This document shows, piece after piece, positions 27,648 through 39,099 of a stretch of DNA of 40,719 nt. How positions within the stretch are numbered: position 1 is the first letter of the stretch; each line of letters opens with the position of its first letter. Under the pieces are notes generated by a model. The model was not told the DNA's origin, did no database searches, and saw only the letters and a program-made list of their open reading frames with translations. The stretch lies in contig JASVEC010000150.1 of NCBI GenBank assembly GCA_030770535.1, positions 1 to 40,719 of the forward strand. Direction: 5' to 3'. A program made the translations under genes and the position numbers. The DNA is from Batkoa obscura (taxonomy: Eukaryota).

Positions 27648-28098
27648 GTTATTAATAGCTAAGTTAATAAATAGTCAAAGAACAAGTAACTGTAATAATA
27701 TGTAAAAACTATTATTACTTGTACTATATAGGGATGGTTAATTATAGTTTTGGGGCTAACCACTCCCTCCCATGCAGCTATTTATTAACTTGGCAATATA
27801 TTAATAATGTAATTATAACATTAAAATAGTTTATTTATTTGATAATAAATCTACAATATTGGTTATAAAGCGGTTGATAATAAATATTTCTCAATTAAGC
27901 TTTATAAGAACATGTATTTAAGATCTAGTAGAAATTCAACTAACTTACAGTATGAGCTATAATAGAATGATTTAGAACTGTGTTTTGGTACTTTTGTTTT
28001 AATAAAAGATGTGATTTTATAGAATTTTAAGCGAAGTTTTTAAAATACAAAATTTTTCAAAAATTGGATAAAATAATGAAACTAATTCAGACAACCCC

Positions 28099-30121
28099 AA
28101 GTAGTGTTATTATCAACTATAGCTTCAGTATATGAGGATGTATTTTTGTGTTTAAGAATTTTACTAACAAATTTTCCACTCAAATAGTGCTTAAAAAACG
28201 GAAAAATAATGAAATCAAAAAAAACAGCCCCATATTCTTTTGATGAATGTAAGAGTTTTGGGTTTAATATAAACAGAAATCAATATAATTATTCAAAAAT
28301 AAGTAATAATAATAAAGTATCAACATTACAACCTATTATCAAAAATACAAAAATACAAAAATACAAAAAAATTAAAGACGAGCAAATTGAAACTATTATA
28401 CAATATTTACTAAATGATTCAACTATTTCATCAAGATTTAATAAAAAAAATAATGATAGTAAATATTCATCAGATAACATATATATTAAATAAAAGAAGA
28501 ATGATATACAGTAGATATTTTAATAATTTAAAAGATAAAGCAGTAGCTAGGTCAACATTTTTTAAAATATATACCAAGTAATTTCAAAAATCCAGCAAGA
28601 AAAACGGATATATATAATATATGTGCACAGTATACAGTTAGAAGAAAGTTATTTGAAAATAAAATAAATACAGCAATAAAAAACAAAGCAGAGATAGAAG
28701 AAATTTTCAATGAAGAAAAAAAATCATACAAATTATACAAATTATACATTATACAAATTCTGTGTTGATACTCAAAAAAACACATTTAATGAAACTATCA
28801 AAAAATTAAATAACAAAAGCTGTATAATAATTTTAGATTTTAAACAAAATATGGAAATAGGAACAAGGCCAGATTCAATAAATCTAGATCATTATAATAA
28901 ACAAGCTATATCAGTATTAGGTTTTGGTGTTTTATATTTAAAAGATGATAAAACAATAGGCAAAGTTTACTTTGATTATTTATCTGAAATATTGAACCAT
29001 GGTTCAGCATATGCAGGAGATTGTTTAATCGATTTAATCTCACAGAGCTTTTATTTAAAAAGTTTACAAAAATTAATATATGGGCAGATACAGGAAATCA
29101 TTTTAGATCCCAAGAGCTCCTACACTATATGTTTAAACAAATTCATAAAATAAATAGTAGTTTGAATGTCAATCTTAATTTTTTTGCTGAGTATCATGGA
29201 AAAAGTATAGTTGATGGTCATTTTGGAAACCTTTCAAAATAGAAAGGTAATTTTGAAGCATTAGGTAAAATAGAAGACATTAATCAATTAATTTCAAGAT
29301 TTGAGGCTTTTATCTGCGAGCATAATAAAATTAATAACTCAACTGTTAATAATGGGAAAACAGATATAATTTTTAAAAAATATAAAAGAAACAAAAATAT
29401 AAAAAGAATAATAGAGATGTAAGGCATTAAGAAGTATTTACATTTTATTAAACATAACAATAAACTACATTGTTATCCAGTATCTGATACATCAAAAAAA
29501 AGCGATATAGTTCCAATTAAAGCTATAGAGTCTATAGAAAATAGAAAAACCAAAAGATCAATCCCAGCTTACCTTACGAAGATAACAGAGAATTTAAAAT
29601 TTTCGGTATTTACTAAGCAAGTAAGTAGTTTGTTGAATGATAGAAATAGATTATTAAACGTTAAGATTACTTAAGTTATTAATAACTAAGTTAATAAATA
29701 GTCAAAGAACAAGTAACTGTAATAATATGTAAAAACTATTATTGTACTATATAGGGATGGTTAATTATAGTTTTGGGGCTAACCACTCCCTCCCATGCAG
29801 CTATTTATTAACTTGACAATATATTAATAATGCAATTGTAGCATTAAAATAGTTTATTTATTTGATAATAAATCTGCAATGTTGATTATAAAGCAGCCAA
29901 TAATAAATATTTCTCAATAAAGTTTTATAGGAATATATATTTAAGATCTAGTAGAAATTCAACTAACTTACAGTATAAACTATAATAGAATGATTTAGAA
30001 CTGTGTCCGGATACTTTTGTTTTAATAAAAGATTTGATTTTATAGAATTTTAAGCGAAGTTTTTAAAATACAAATTTTTCTAAAAATTGGATAAAATAAT
30101 GAAACTAATTCAAACAACCCC
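28099..30121 (+). mobile_element. Sola-like transposon copy 2, 5'-truncated, pseudogenised transposase
   Basis: Begins at the equivalent of ~26206 directly after the copy-1 right TIR. Stops TGG>TAG (29240) and CAG>TAA (29420), several indels. Right TIR at 30100-30121. Confidence 0.85.
28134..28231 (-). mobile_element. 98-bp MITE inserted in transposase copy 2, ATAT target duplication
   Basis: Filled site CAGT-ATAT-[GAGG...CCCC]-ATAT-TCTTTTG vs empty site CAGT-ATAT-TCTTTTG at ~26233-26247. Confidence 0.92.
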
Positions 30122-30362
30122 AAATATAAAAAATTTAGTTGAAAGGATCATATACATTCATTTTTACAAAAAATAAGCCATTGTAACATATCATTGTATT
30201 AAAAAGTATATTGTTCATTAAGATAATATTTCAGAAGTACGATACAAAACTCAAAATTAAAGATAGATAACTTATAACTAAATATAATTTTTATTTCAGT
30301 AAACCCAATCAATTGTTTAATTAAATAGATAACCAGAAGTAAACGGTGTCCTAATTAACTAT

Positions 30363-31697
30363 TTAGCTTAATTTCATCCAATTTAGCATTGCGATTTGTT
30401 CTAGTTTTTTATAGCACATTATGTCCATATGAGGTCCGGTAGGTGCAATAAGAAGCAAAGGAGAAGTAATCTTATAGCTAACTCCTATATACTTGTTGGT
30501 CAAATTCCACTTTTTAATTTTAATTACTTCAAGGTTTGGAAAGAAAGATAAGAAGCACAAAAAGTCTTCCATTGTAGTACTCAAATAACTAATTGTAACT
30601 TGCTTTATAAATTTACATTTAAATAAATTCCTTTTACTAGATATATGCTGATAGTACTTTTTTACATAAATATTTTTTCCATTTATATTATACTTTTTAA
30701 ATGTGTCTTCAATACTAAAATCTAGTTTATCAAAATAAATTGTCTGTATATTTGGTAATGAGGCTATTGATTTTAATGACTTCTTTGATAGCTCTTTAAT
30801 ATAAATTTGGTTTAAAGTGGGTAGCTTTATCAAATCATAAGTTGTTGGTTTAATGAAATCAAAGTGTCCTAAAGTTATTAAATTAGAAACCCTAATTAAT
30901 TTGGAATAATTACTTCCAACTTCAAAAAATGTACCTAGTTTGTCCTTTAGCTTCACGCTTTTTAGTCGGTCTAAAGTCCCAAAATAATCAATATTAAAAT
31001 CAATGTCTAGCAATCCTTCAATATCTAAGTTTAGTGGAGAAGTAAAGTCTATACTGGAATCAAATTCACATGGAGTAATAATATAATTTTTAGATTTTAA
31101 CTGTAAAAAAGATAATTTGCTAAAGCTATGTTTAATAGCTTCCATTCCATTAAGATACAAATCTCTACTTGAAGAGTGGAATATAAATGACTTTAAAATA
31201 TTGGGGTTTAAATAGTTAACAATCGATTGTATATCTCCATTATGGCCGTACATTTCGATTATTTCAATTTGAAACAAATAGTTCCTAAATAGGTCTAAAT
31301 ACTGTGTAGAACTAATATCTGATGACTTTATAATAATTCTCTTTAACTTTGGTAACTCCATTTTGATCTCTTTTATACTACTATTATTAGATAAGTGCTC
31401 ATAATACAAGGATATTATATTAGGACAATAATTAATGTATTCGATTTCATTACTGTTTATATTTAAATGCCTCATTATTGAGCCGTTCTCCTTTATAAAC
31501 TTTAGTTGGTACTGTTGGTATTGCCTAAATGTGTTGTGATTGTATTTTGAATAAATTAAATTCACTCTAATAATATTGTTTATAATATTACATATTACTT
31601 TATTTAAAAGGCGTAATTCAATCAATTTTTCTGGACTTATAAATAGAAATACCTCTTCTAACAATATATCAGATAACAAATTAAAAATTAGTTTCAT
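30363..31697 (-). CDS. F-box plus degenerate LRR protein (intronless)
   Basis: N-terminal FNLLSDILLEEVFLFISPEKLIELRLLNK (F-box-like), followed by LxxLxL-type repeats (LPKLKRII, LPNIQTI, FPNLEVIKI). Probable ATG at 31697. Confidence 0.7.
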   Translation of the reverse strand: MKLIFNLLSDILLEEVFLFISPEKLIELRLLNKVICNIINNIIRVNLIYSKYNHNTFRQYQQYQLKFIKENGSIMRHLNINSNEIEYINYCPNIISLYYEHLSNNSSIKEIKMELPKLKRIIIKSSDISSTQYLDLFRNYLFQIEIIEMYGHNGDIQSIVNYLNPNILKSFIFHSSSRDLYLNGMEAIKHSFSKLSFLQLKSKNYIITPCEFDSSIDFTSPLNLDIEGLLDIDFNIDYFGTLDRLKSVKLKDKLGTFFEVGSNYSKLIRVSNLITLGHFDFIKPTTYDLIKLPTLNQIYIKELSKKSLKSIASLPNIQTIYFDKLDFSIEDTFKKYNINGKNIYVKKYYQHISSKRNLFKCKFIKQVTISYLSTTMEDFLCFLSFFPNLEVIKIKKWNLTNKYIGVSYKITSPLLLIAPTGPHMDIMCYKKLEQIAMLNWMKLS

Positions 31698-33008
31698 GGT
31701 TAATAAATTCACAAAAAGCTTTTCATTTCTATTTTTTTATATTTTTATTACATACACTCAATATTTAAAACGGTATATTAAAGGGGGTTTTGTATTATGC
31801 CCTATTGGACATATTTAGGGCAAAATTAAAAATAAGCCAACAGGTTAAAAAAATACTTTTGGCTCCTTTTAAAAGCTAGGCAAAGTTTTTTGCCCAAAAC
31901 TCCATTTATTGATAAGATTGATTGATACATAACTTATATTGCATCTAATGTCAGTAGATTAATTCAAGAGTAGAACATTGTAATAATCTGGCTGATTCAA
32001 ATTATAATTTAGTATTAAGCAAATTGGTAATACACTATACTAGTAATACTTAATATTGTTCCTGTAAAATAGTTATACATGATCATATCTCAATATAGCT
32101 TTTATGTGTAGCTTTGCTTTCTATCTTAAATATAAATTTTCATAACATGAAAAATTTTGTAGCTTATTACTATCGGATTTTTCCTAAGTTTCATAATTTC
32201 AGTACTAATTACAAGCTTCCCCCATATATATGCTCGTTGTAAATACTAATGTATACCCTGATGTCTGTCTATTAAAAGGGATTATGCTACTTTCTTTAGT
32301 GCAAGTAAATAGTATGGATAATGTCAAATTATTTGCAGAGCTGTAATTTATCCTCAATACGTCATTAACTTTTGACTTTATTGATTTTTTTTGCACTTCA
32401 TTAACGTATAATAGAAAGCTTATAAATATTTAGCTGCTTAAATTTATTTTTAAATTTTCAAAATAGTTGTGGCTATGACTTTATTTATGAGACAAACATC
32501 TAGTCCAGCTACTATCCTTTATAATGGTATATTTAACACCCCTGCTTAAGTAACTTATCTTCCGGACTTCTTTACACCATAGGACTTAAATTTATTACTG
32601 ACGCCATATAATACAGTAGGCGCATTTTAAATTTACAGATCTGACTTATCAGATAAATTGAAAGCTCTTGAAGCAAACAACATCAAATTATACCATGTTA
32701 TATGTAACTCAGTCACCGTGATTTCAGGATATTAATTTGCTACTTTAGACAATATAGCAGTCGTTACAAGGCCTAACCTAATGCTCTAGCGTTCTTCAAA
32801 TTAATAGCCTTCATTATACGTTATTCTTTATTGAGACAAACTATTACATAGAGTTTTTAGCTATAATTATTTTTATCTATTACTAAAGTATTTTCAGATG
32901 TAATAATAGCTTATGCATTTAATTTTGAGCATGAAGATTTATATCAGCAGCATACATAATATATGAGATAAAAAGTAGAGATTATTAACATTTTGATGTA
33001 GAATATAT

Positions 33009-33103
33009 GGGGATGCTTTTTTTGGTTTCATTACTTCTTTGTTTTTTAAGCGCTATTGAGTAGAAAGATTATTAGTAATTCTTAAACAAAAAAATATGTC
33101 CTC
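33009..33103 (+). mobile_element. ~98-bp MITE family copy
   Basis: GGGGATGC...ATGTCCTC termini with ATAT on both flanks. Confidence 0.8.
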
Positions 33104-34853
33104 ATATGATAGTTGATTTTAAACAAATAGATTAAGTTCAGTTTGTTGCACTACTAGCATCTTTACTTGACTTGAGTGTGAAACGCTATGAAGTAGCAAA
33201 GGATAAATAAATTCTCACATGCAGTATATTTAACCCAAAATTACTATCAGTGGTATTCATTGTACTAAGCTATTTTAAGGATAATGATAACATTGATATT
33301 GGCTTTGAGGAGTATCTAAAACATATAGCCAGCCTACATACCTCAATTCAGAAAAATTAAACTAGCCCTTTTCTAATTCTAAAATTTTTGAATATTGTAT
33401 GTGAAAGTATTTTTTTTGCTTTTATTTCTACTTTTATTTATTGTTTTTTTCTACAATTTAATTCTAATCTTTTAATCTTTTGTATTTTTTGATATTATAA
33501 AAGCGACTGTATTATGTTATGCATAATAAAAAATTGTATTAAAAGCTCAATAGAGATAACATCTTTAATCTTCGAAGATTTTTCTGCATTAGACTTCCCC
33601 CTTCTCTCCTTTAGTTATAAATTTAAGTAGTTTTTATTTTGTGAATATGATGCTTCTTATGCAAATGTATGATTACTTAACTTAAATATCATATGATCCT
33701 TATTAAAATAACAAAACAAAAGCGTATTAAGGATACATGTGGGTATTTTACATGTATCAGAGATAACTAACCAAATTTCCTCTACTAACTCTTCTTGAGG
33801 TACACAACTCCACGTGGTAAAAGCAGCTCAATAAGAGAGTCCTTTTTTATGAGCAATTGTGCTCTAAACTATAAATCAGATAATAGTTTATTTTATTCAT
33901 TTAATATGATATAATATAAATTTTCAATAGAATTAAAGGCTTATATTATAACAAATAAATCCATACATAAAAGAGTTTGAATTTATGATCCGTTGCTACT
34001 AATTTTAGTAACAAGCTTTTTTTACAAAGTATTATTTATCTTTATTAAAATTATTATACTACTATAAGCCTTATTGAGATGTACACTACCTCTATGATCA
34101 AACTTTTATCCCTGTAGTAGGCTTTGATAGTATTTTTTGAATCTATTTATTATTTAAAATTAAAAATACCCTATAGCTTGAAATTTCACTGCCGTAAAAC
34201 TGATGTGAAAGAAGCTCTCCATTACAATCATAATTAATCTTATAACTATAACAAGTTAATATAAAAGCATGACTGTTTTGATAACTAAATTATAAACGGA
34301 TATTTATTTAAAATACCAAGCTTACAACAATTAAATGAGAGCTAAATTTGATAAAATCAGATAGTTTATAAATTAAGTTCAAAAAAGGAGGATAAACAAA
34401 GAAAAAGCTTAAATAATAAGTAACTGAGGGTTAGGAAAATTTGTGGATTTTTAAATAATAAATAATGATTTAATAATAATAACTCTTAACTATGTGATTT
34501 GATTGGAATAATATATCAAGTTAATAGTTGAAAATAATATCAAAAATGAATAAGTAGTTTATGCTAATGAATTTTAGTATTATTTTGTAAAATTAAAGGT
34601 TTAATGACTACGTGGAATTTATTAATACTATATAATAAATGAGCATAACAACAGAAAATTTTGTAAAAATAAAAGGCTTTAAAAATAAGATTAAGTTCTT
34701 CTGTTTCAACCACTTATGTTATCACCTTATGAGAAAAGATGATTGGAGCAATGGATTAGCCAAAATAATAATATTAATAGGTATCATCAGCTGATAATCG
34801 TGTAAGGGAATATAATTGGCTTAAACTGAATATATTATGAAATAAATTAGGGA

Positions 34854-34904
34854 TGAGTCAGTTGCAATTGGAGTCAAATTTTGACAGGTCGAGAGGTATA
34901 AAAA
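34854..34904 (+). promoter_or_regulatory. Putative CDO promoter: TGAGTCA (AP-1/Gcn4-type) at 34854-34860 and TATAAAAA at 34897-34904
   Basis: Consensus matches within ~95 bp of the ATG. Function is inferred only. Confidence 0.4.
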
Positions 34905-34946
34905 GGGCAGAAACGGAATTTTAGAACCAAAAAAAAATTGAAAACT

Positions 34947-35684
34947 ATGTTATCTGCCTTTAACCTTAATAAATTTAAACCAAGTATCGCTTTACCTACT
35001 TGGTTAAATAGATCTCTTTCTCCTAAAAAAGTTGAAAGACAAGACACTTTGAAAAGTGAAAGCTCTAGCTCAGATGATGATATCGAAGAAGAGGTAGTAA
35101 CGCCAAAGGATATGGATGAGTTGGTTAAGCTCATACGTATTGAGTTAGGTGAGTATGGTTTAGACTCTGATAAAGTGAACGTAAAAAAGATTCAGAAGCT
35201 AATGGAAAACTACCAGTCTAATTCTTCGGATTGGGAGAAATATGCACATTTTGATAATAACAAATATACTCGTAACTTGGTTGACGACGGTAATGGGGAA
35301 TTTAACCTAATCGTATTAGCATGGAATAATGGCCAAAAGAGTCCTATACATGACCATGCCGGCTCTCATTGTATTATGAAGATATTAGATGGTGAATTAC
35401 AAGAGCAATTATATGAATGGCCTGAAGAGAGTAGCGCTCAAACTGAATGCTGTAGAAAGATGAATAATTACAAGAATACAGTTTATTCTAAAGATCAGGT
35501 CACTTACATGCACGATAACTTAGGTTTACATAGAGTGGCAAACTACAATAGTGACAAACCAGCCCTCTCTCTCCATCTTTATACCCCTCCAATTAAACAA
35601 GCTATTACTTTCCAAGAAGATAGTGGAGCTAAGAGGAGCGGTGGTAACTGTACTTTCTACTCTATACGCGGAGAAAAAGTCTGA
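34947..35684 (+). CDS. CDO1: Cysteine dioxygenase type I (intronless)
   Basis: YTRNLV, SPIHDHAGSHCIMKIL, LHRVAN and SLHLYTPP motifs. First ATG at 34947. Confidence 0.93.
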   Translation: MLSAFNLNKFKPSIALPTWLNRSLSPKKVERQDTLKSESSSSDDDIEEEVVTPKDMDELVKLIRIELGEYGLDSDKVNVKKIQKLMENYQSNSSDWEKYAHFDNNKYTRNLVDDGNGEFNLIVLAWNNGQKSPIHDHAGSHCIMKILDGELQEQLYEWPEESSAQTECCRKMNNYKNTVYSKDQVTYMHDNLGLHRVANYNSDKPALSLHLYTPPIKQAITFQEDSGAKRSGGNCTFYSIRGEKV

Positions 35685-37025
35685 TATGCTCAAGTTCTAT
35701 TAATTATTTATTTTTCATTTGTGCCTTCTCTTAAAGTATTTTAATAAATGTTTACTAAACTAACAAACACTTTACTTCATATGTATCAATATTTCAAGAT
35801 AAATAGATAAATAGATAAATAGATTTGATCTTTTGAGGCAATAGCGTATAAACTATATCATAATATCATTACAATGTGTTGTTAGATTATATAAATACTA
35901 TAGTCTTATTTTCAATACTATTGGCATTTTGGAACTTTGAATTTTTATCCAATATATTACTTTTTAAGCATGCCCTCCACTTAATAAATTAGTATTCTCC
36001 AAATTCTCCTTTATTTCTTTTATTTACATTACTTTTCGCAAAATATACATTGAATAATAAAATTCCAATTATTTTTATTAATTAAACTTATGCCATTTAT
36101 TATATTCTATTTATAAATTAATTCTTTAAGCATTGCATTGTGGAATGGTTTTGACATTATATTCTAGAAGCTTTAAAATGTAAAAGCAAGTTCAAAGCAA
36201 CTTATTCATTATATCTATTATCTGATATCAATAAAACATGAATGATATCAACTAAAACATGTGGTCATCATCTGCTATCGGGAACAAACGTTAAATAACT
36301 GTTTACAAAAAACAGCGTTATTATGTCATTTCGTAAGTTCATAATTTTCTATTTGTTTCAATTTTTACTACCTTATCTTATAATCACTCTACAAGTAAAG
36401 CTTTACTTTGTTCTTTGTGTTATTTTAATGAATAAAACTATATTTAATTCCTAGAAATTAAGTTTGTTTTGTACTTTAAATACTTATTATTTAGTAATCA
36501 AATAAACTATATATGATACTTATATGTACCTGTAAATTAGAGTAATAAAATAAAATTCTAATTCTAAAGCGTCGAGTAAATTTTAGCTGTTTGATATGTT
36601 TACAAAAATGTGTGGAAGAAATTTTCAGAGAAAATGTCATAATAGACCCAGATTGTAATTCATAACCTTAAACATTGGTAGCTGTATTGTTTATGTAGAA
36701 GGTAATAAATTAAGACGTACCCAATCCTAATTAGGTATAATCCAATAAAAATAAAGAGTTCGTTTAAGGTAGTGTAGTGTATCTTTTTTAAAGTCATATA
36801 GATCATCTAATTTCAAAGTAGTTTAATACTTCATATTAAACAGATAAAACAATAAGGCTCAAAATATGTGTTAAGCTTTTATAAAATTTATATCTTATTA
36901 TTTATAATATTTATTTAAAAATGTAAATAAATAAATATTAGGATAATTATTCCATAATATACAATATTGAAAACATTATAAAGATAGCAAAATCAGAACT
37001 TTTTATCTTATGCTTAAAATGTAAA

Positions 37026-37760
37026 ATGAGTATATTAAAACTATATAACTTACCTGACATTATAGTTGAAGCTATCTTTTACTTTCTACCCAAGATGAGT
37101 TTTTTGATTTAAGATTTTAACACAGCATTATGTAAGTAAATTAATTAGCTTATTTTCAATAACTTGTGCTATTCCGTTTATTCAGGCTCATCATATCATT
37201 CTCACATTCAACACTCATTTTATGAAAACTATGACAACAATATGCGATACTTAAAGATAATAAGCAGGGAATTCCACTATATACCATTATGTTCCAAAGT
37301 CCAAATGTTAAATATTGACTGCACAGGGTTAGCTGACGTTAGCATGTTGAATAATTTAATATCATACAAACTTTCCTATGTAAAGAACGTAACATCAACC
37401 ATTAAAGACAACTATGGAACTATATTACTAAGACGCATAGATTCCCTATGCTAAGTTAAAGAATTAATATCTGCTGCTAGCGATTTAGTTGTCTTAGTTT
37501 CTCATCAATTTATTTGATCTTGATAGATTTATAATATTAAAAATCAAGTGATTCAATTGGTTCAAATGGTTTTGAAAAGTTAAAGGGATTATTCGGGCAG
37601 CTAAATAAGTTAACTATTATCGTCGATAGCTTTTCATCTCCTTCAAATTTTAGCAACACTTGTAACTTTTATTCTCTGGAAATGTTCAAACTAACAGATA
37701 CTCCGGTAAAAAAAGCTGCTTTAAATTGTTTAAGTGACATCTATAAAATCAAAAAAGTAT
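37026..37760 (+). pseudogene. Decayed F-box/LRR gene
   Basis: MSILKLYNLPDIIVEAIFYFLP / (frameshift) DEFFDLRF* ... LIFNNLCYSVYSGSSYHSHIQHSFYENYDNNMRYLKII. Multiple stops. 3' end approximate. Confidence 0.65.
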
Positions 37761-39099
37761 TGCTAAATATGTAATTTTATTTACAACAATGAATTTATAT
37801 TCATAAATATACACACTAAACCTTCTGGATTTAATAAACCAACATTTAATATAAGGTCATTTTGTTTCACAGTCAAAAGAAGTTTATACTAATAGAATAT
37901 TTGCGTTTGAGTCTCCCCTTAAATTCATTTTACAATTATAGAATATTCAAGTATTATCTATTCATAATATATTTTATGTAAATCGGGGAATCAAATCAAG
38001 CCATTATATTGTTGAATATACTGAAAACGAGGAGCGCACAATGCCAACCCACATTATTAGCAATTATATTCACTAATTCAATCAAAGAGGTTATTTTAAA
38101 ACAATGTAATGTTTCGATTAATAATTTGTTTGATATGATATTCCTCCAAGAAATGTTAAAGTAGTCAATTTTATAGATCGGAAATATCATAATCAACCTA
38201 AAGCTGTAGATGCTAATATATATCATAGCAAATGTTATTTGATTCAAGTTGATAAAAAATCTACAAATAATAGCTCCTATGGCTCAAGCAATACATTTTC
38301 TCACTTTGAGTGCCGTTTTGTTATTTTAAATATTCTATATTAATATTCAAATGTTCTTTGACTAAATGTATTTGTGCCTTTATTTTTTAAATTAACTATA
38401 TGATTATAATTTATGGATTCATAGTAGACATAATTTTGATTACTGAAATTGGGATTAAATATTTGTATACTAAAGGACTTTTGATATACAAATTAATAAT
38501 CTGATTTGTGAATTCATAATTTTATTTATACAAGTAATGCTTCAATTTCTTTAGGAATTATTTAAATTCATTCTAAAAAATGATAAACTTTATACAATCT
38601 TTCAATCAATAGCTTTATTTTACTTGTATAATACAAAAAATCTTATGTTTTTCCAAATATACAATTTTCTAAAATACTGAAAAGTTTACCCAAGTTTAGA
38701 CTTACTTTTTTAAATATTACAAATAAACATGTTATATAGCATTTTATAAATAAACCAACTGCTCCTGATCTTTTAATATTTGTTAGTGTCATAAAAAACA
38801 TATTTACTAATAAATATAAATACCAATTAATCAAAATAATATTTTATAATCGTTTCAACAGACGAAACTTAGTTTCTTTTGCTTTTAGTATAACATTTTC
38901 TTAAGTATGATTTCACGTAAAGTTGAATATTACATAACAACACAGTTCTACTTAAATAGTTGTTTTTTATTGTAAATAAAAAATAAACAAATAAACAAAA
39001 CTTAAAGTTTGTAAGTATAGCACTAATTTAATATCAACATATTAAAAGAATAAAACAAACAATTTTATTTAAACACTATAAATATCATTCGAAAATATC

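Larger units (their letters stand above)
25620..28098 (+). mobile_element. Sola-like DDD DNA transposon, full-length copy 1
   Basis: 22-bp imperfect TIRs: GGAGTTGTCCGAGTTGGTTTCA (25620-25641) vs reverse complement of 28077-28098, GGGGTTGTCTGAATTAGTTTCA (18/22). Encloses the transposase ORFs. Confidence 0.8.

Noticed and set aside
25620..30121. Fanzor/TnpB-type RNA-guided nuclease cargo in the transposon
   Set aside because: No RuvC motifs or second ORF. The CxxC lies before a DDD core, and the ~450-bp 3' region has only one small hairpin.
31783..31903. Possible second MITE (GGGGTTTTG...CAAAACTCC, inner TGCCCTA/TAGGGCA hairpin)
   Set aside because: Single copy in the window, only a 9-bp terminal match, no matching TSD.
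35798..35825. AGATAAAT tandem repeat after CDO
   Set aside because: Ordinary microsatellite-like slippage.
37996..38834. ORFs 37996-38247 and 38643-38834
   Set aside because: Non-ATG starts and no recognisable motifs. Cannot support as genes.
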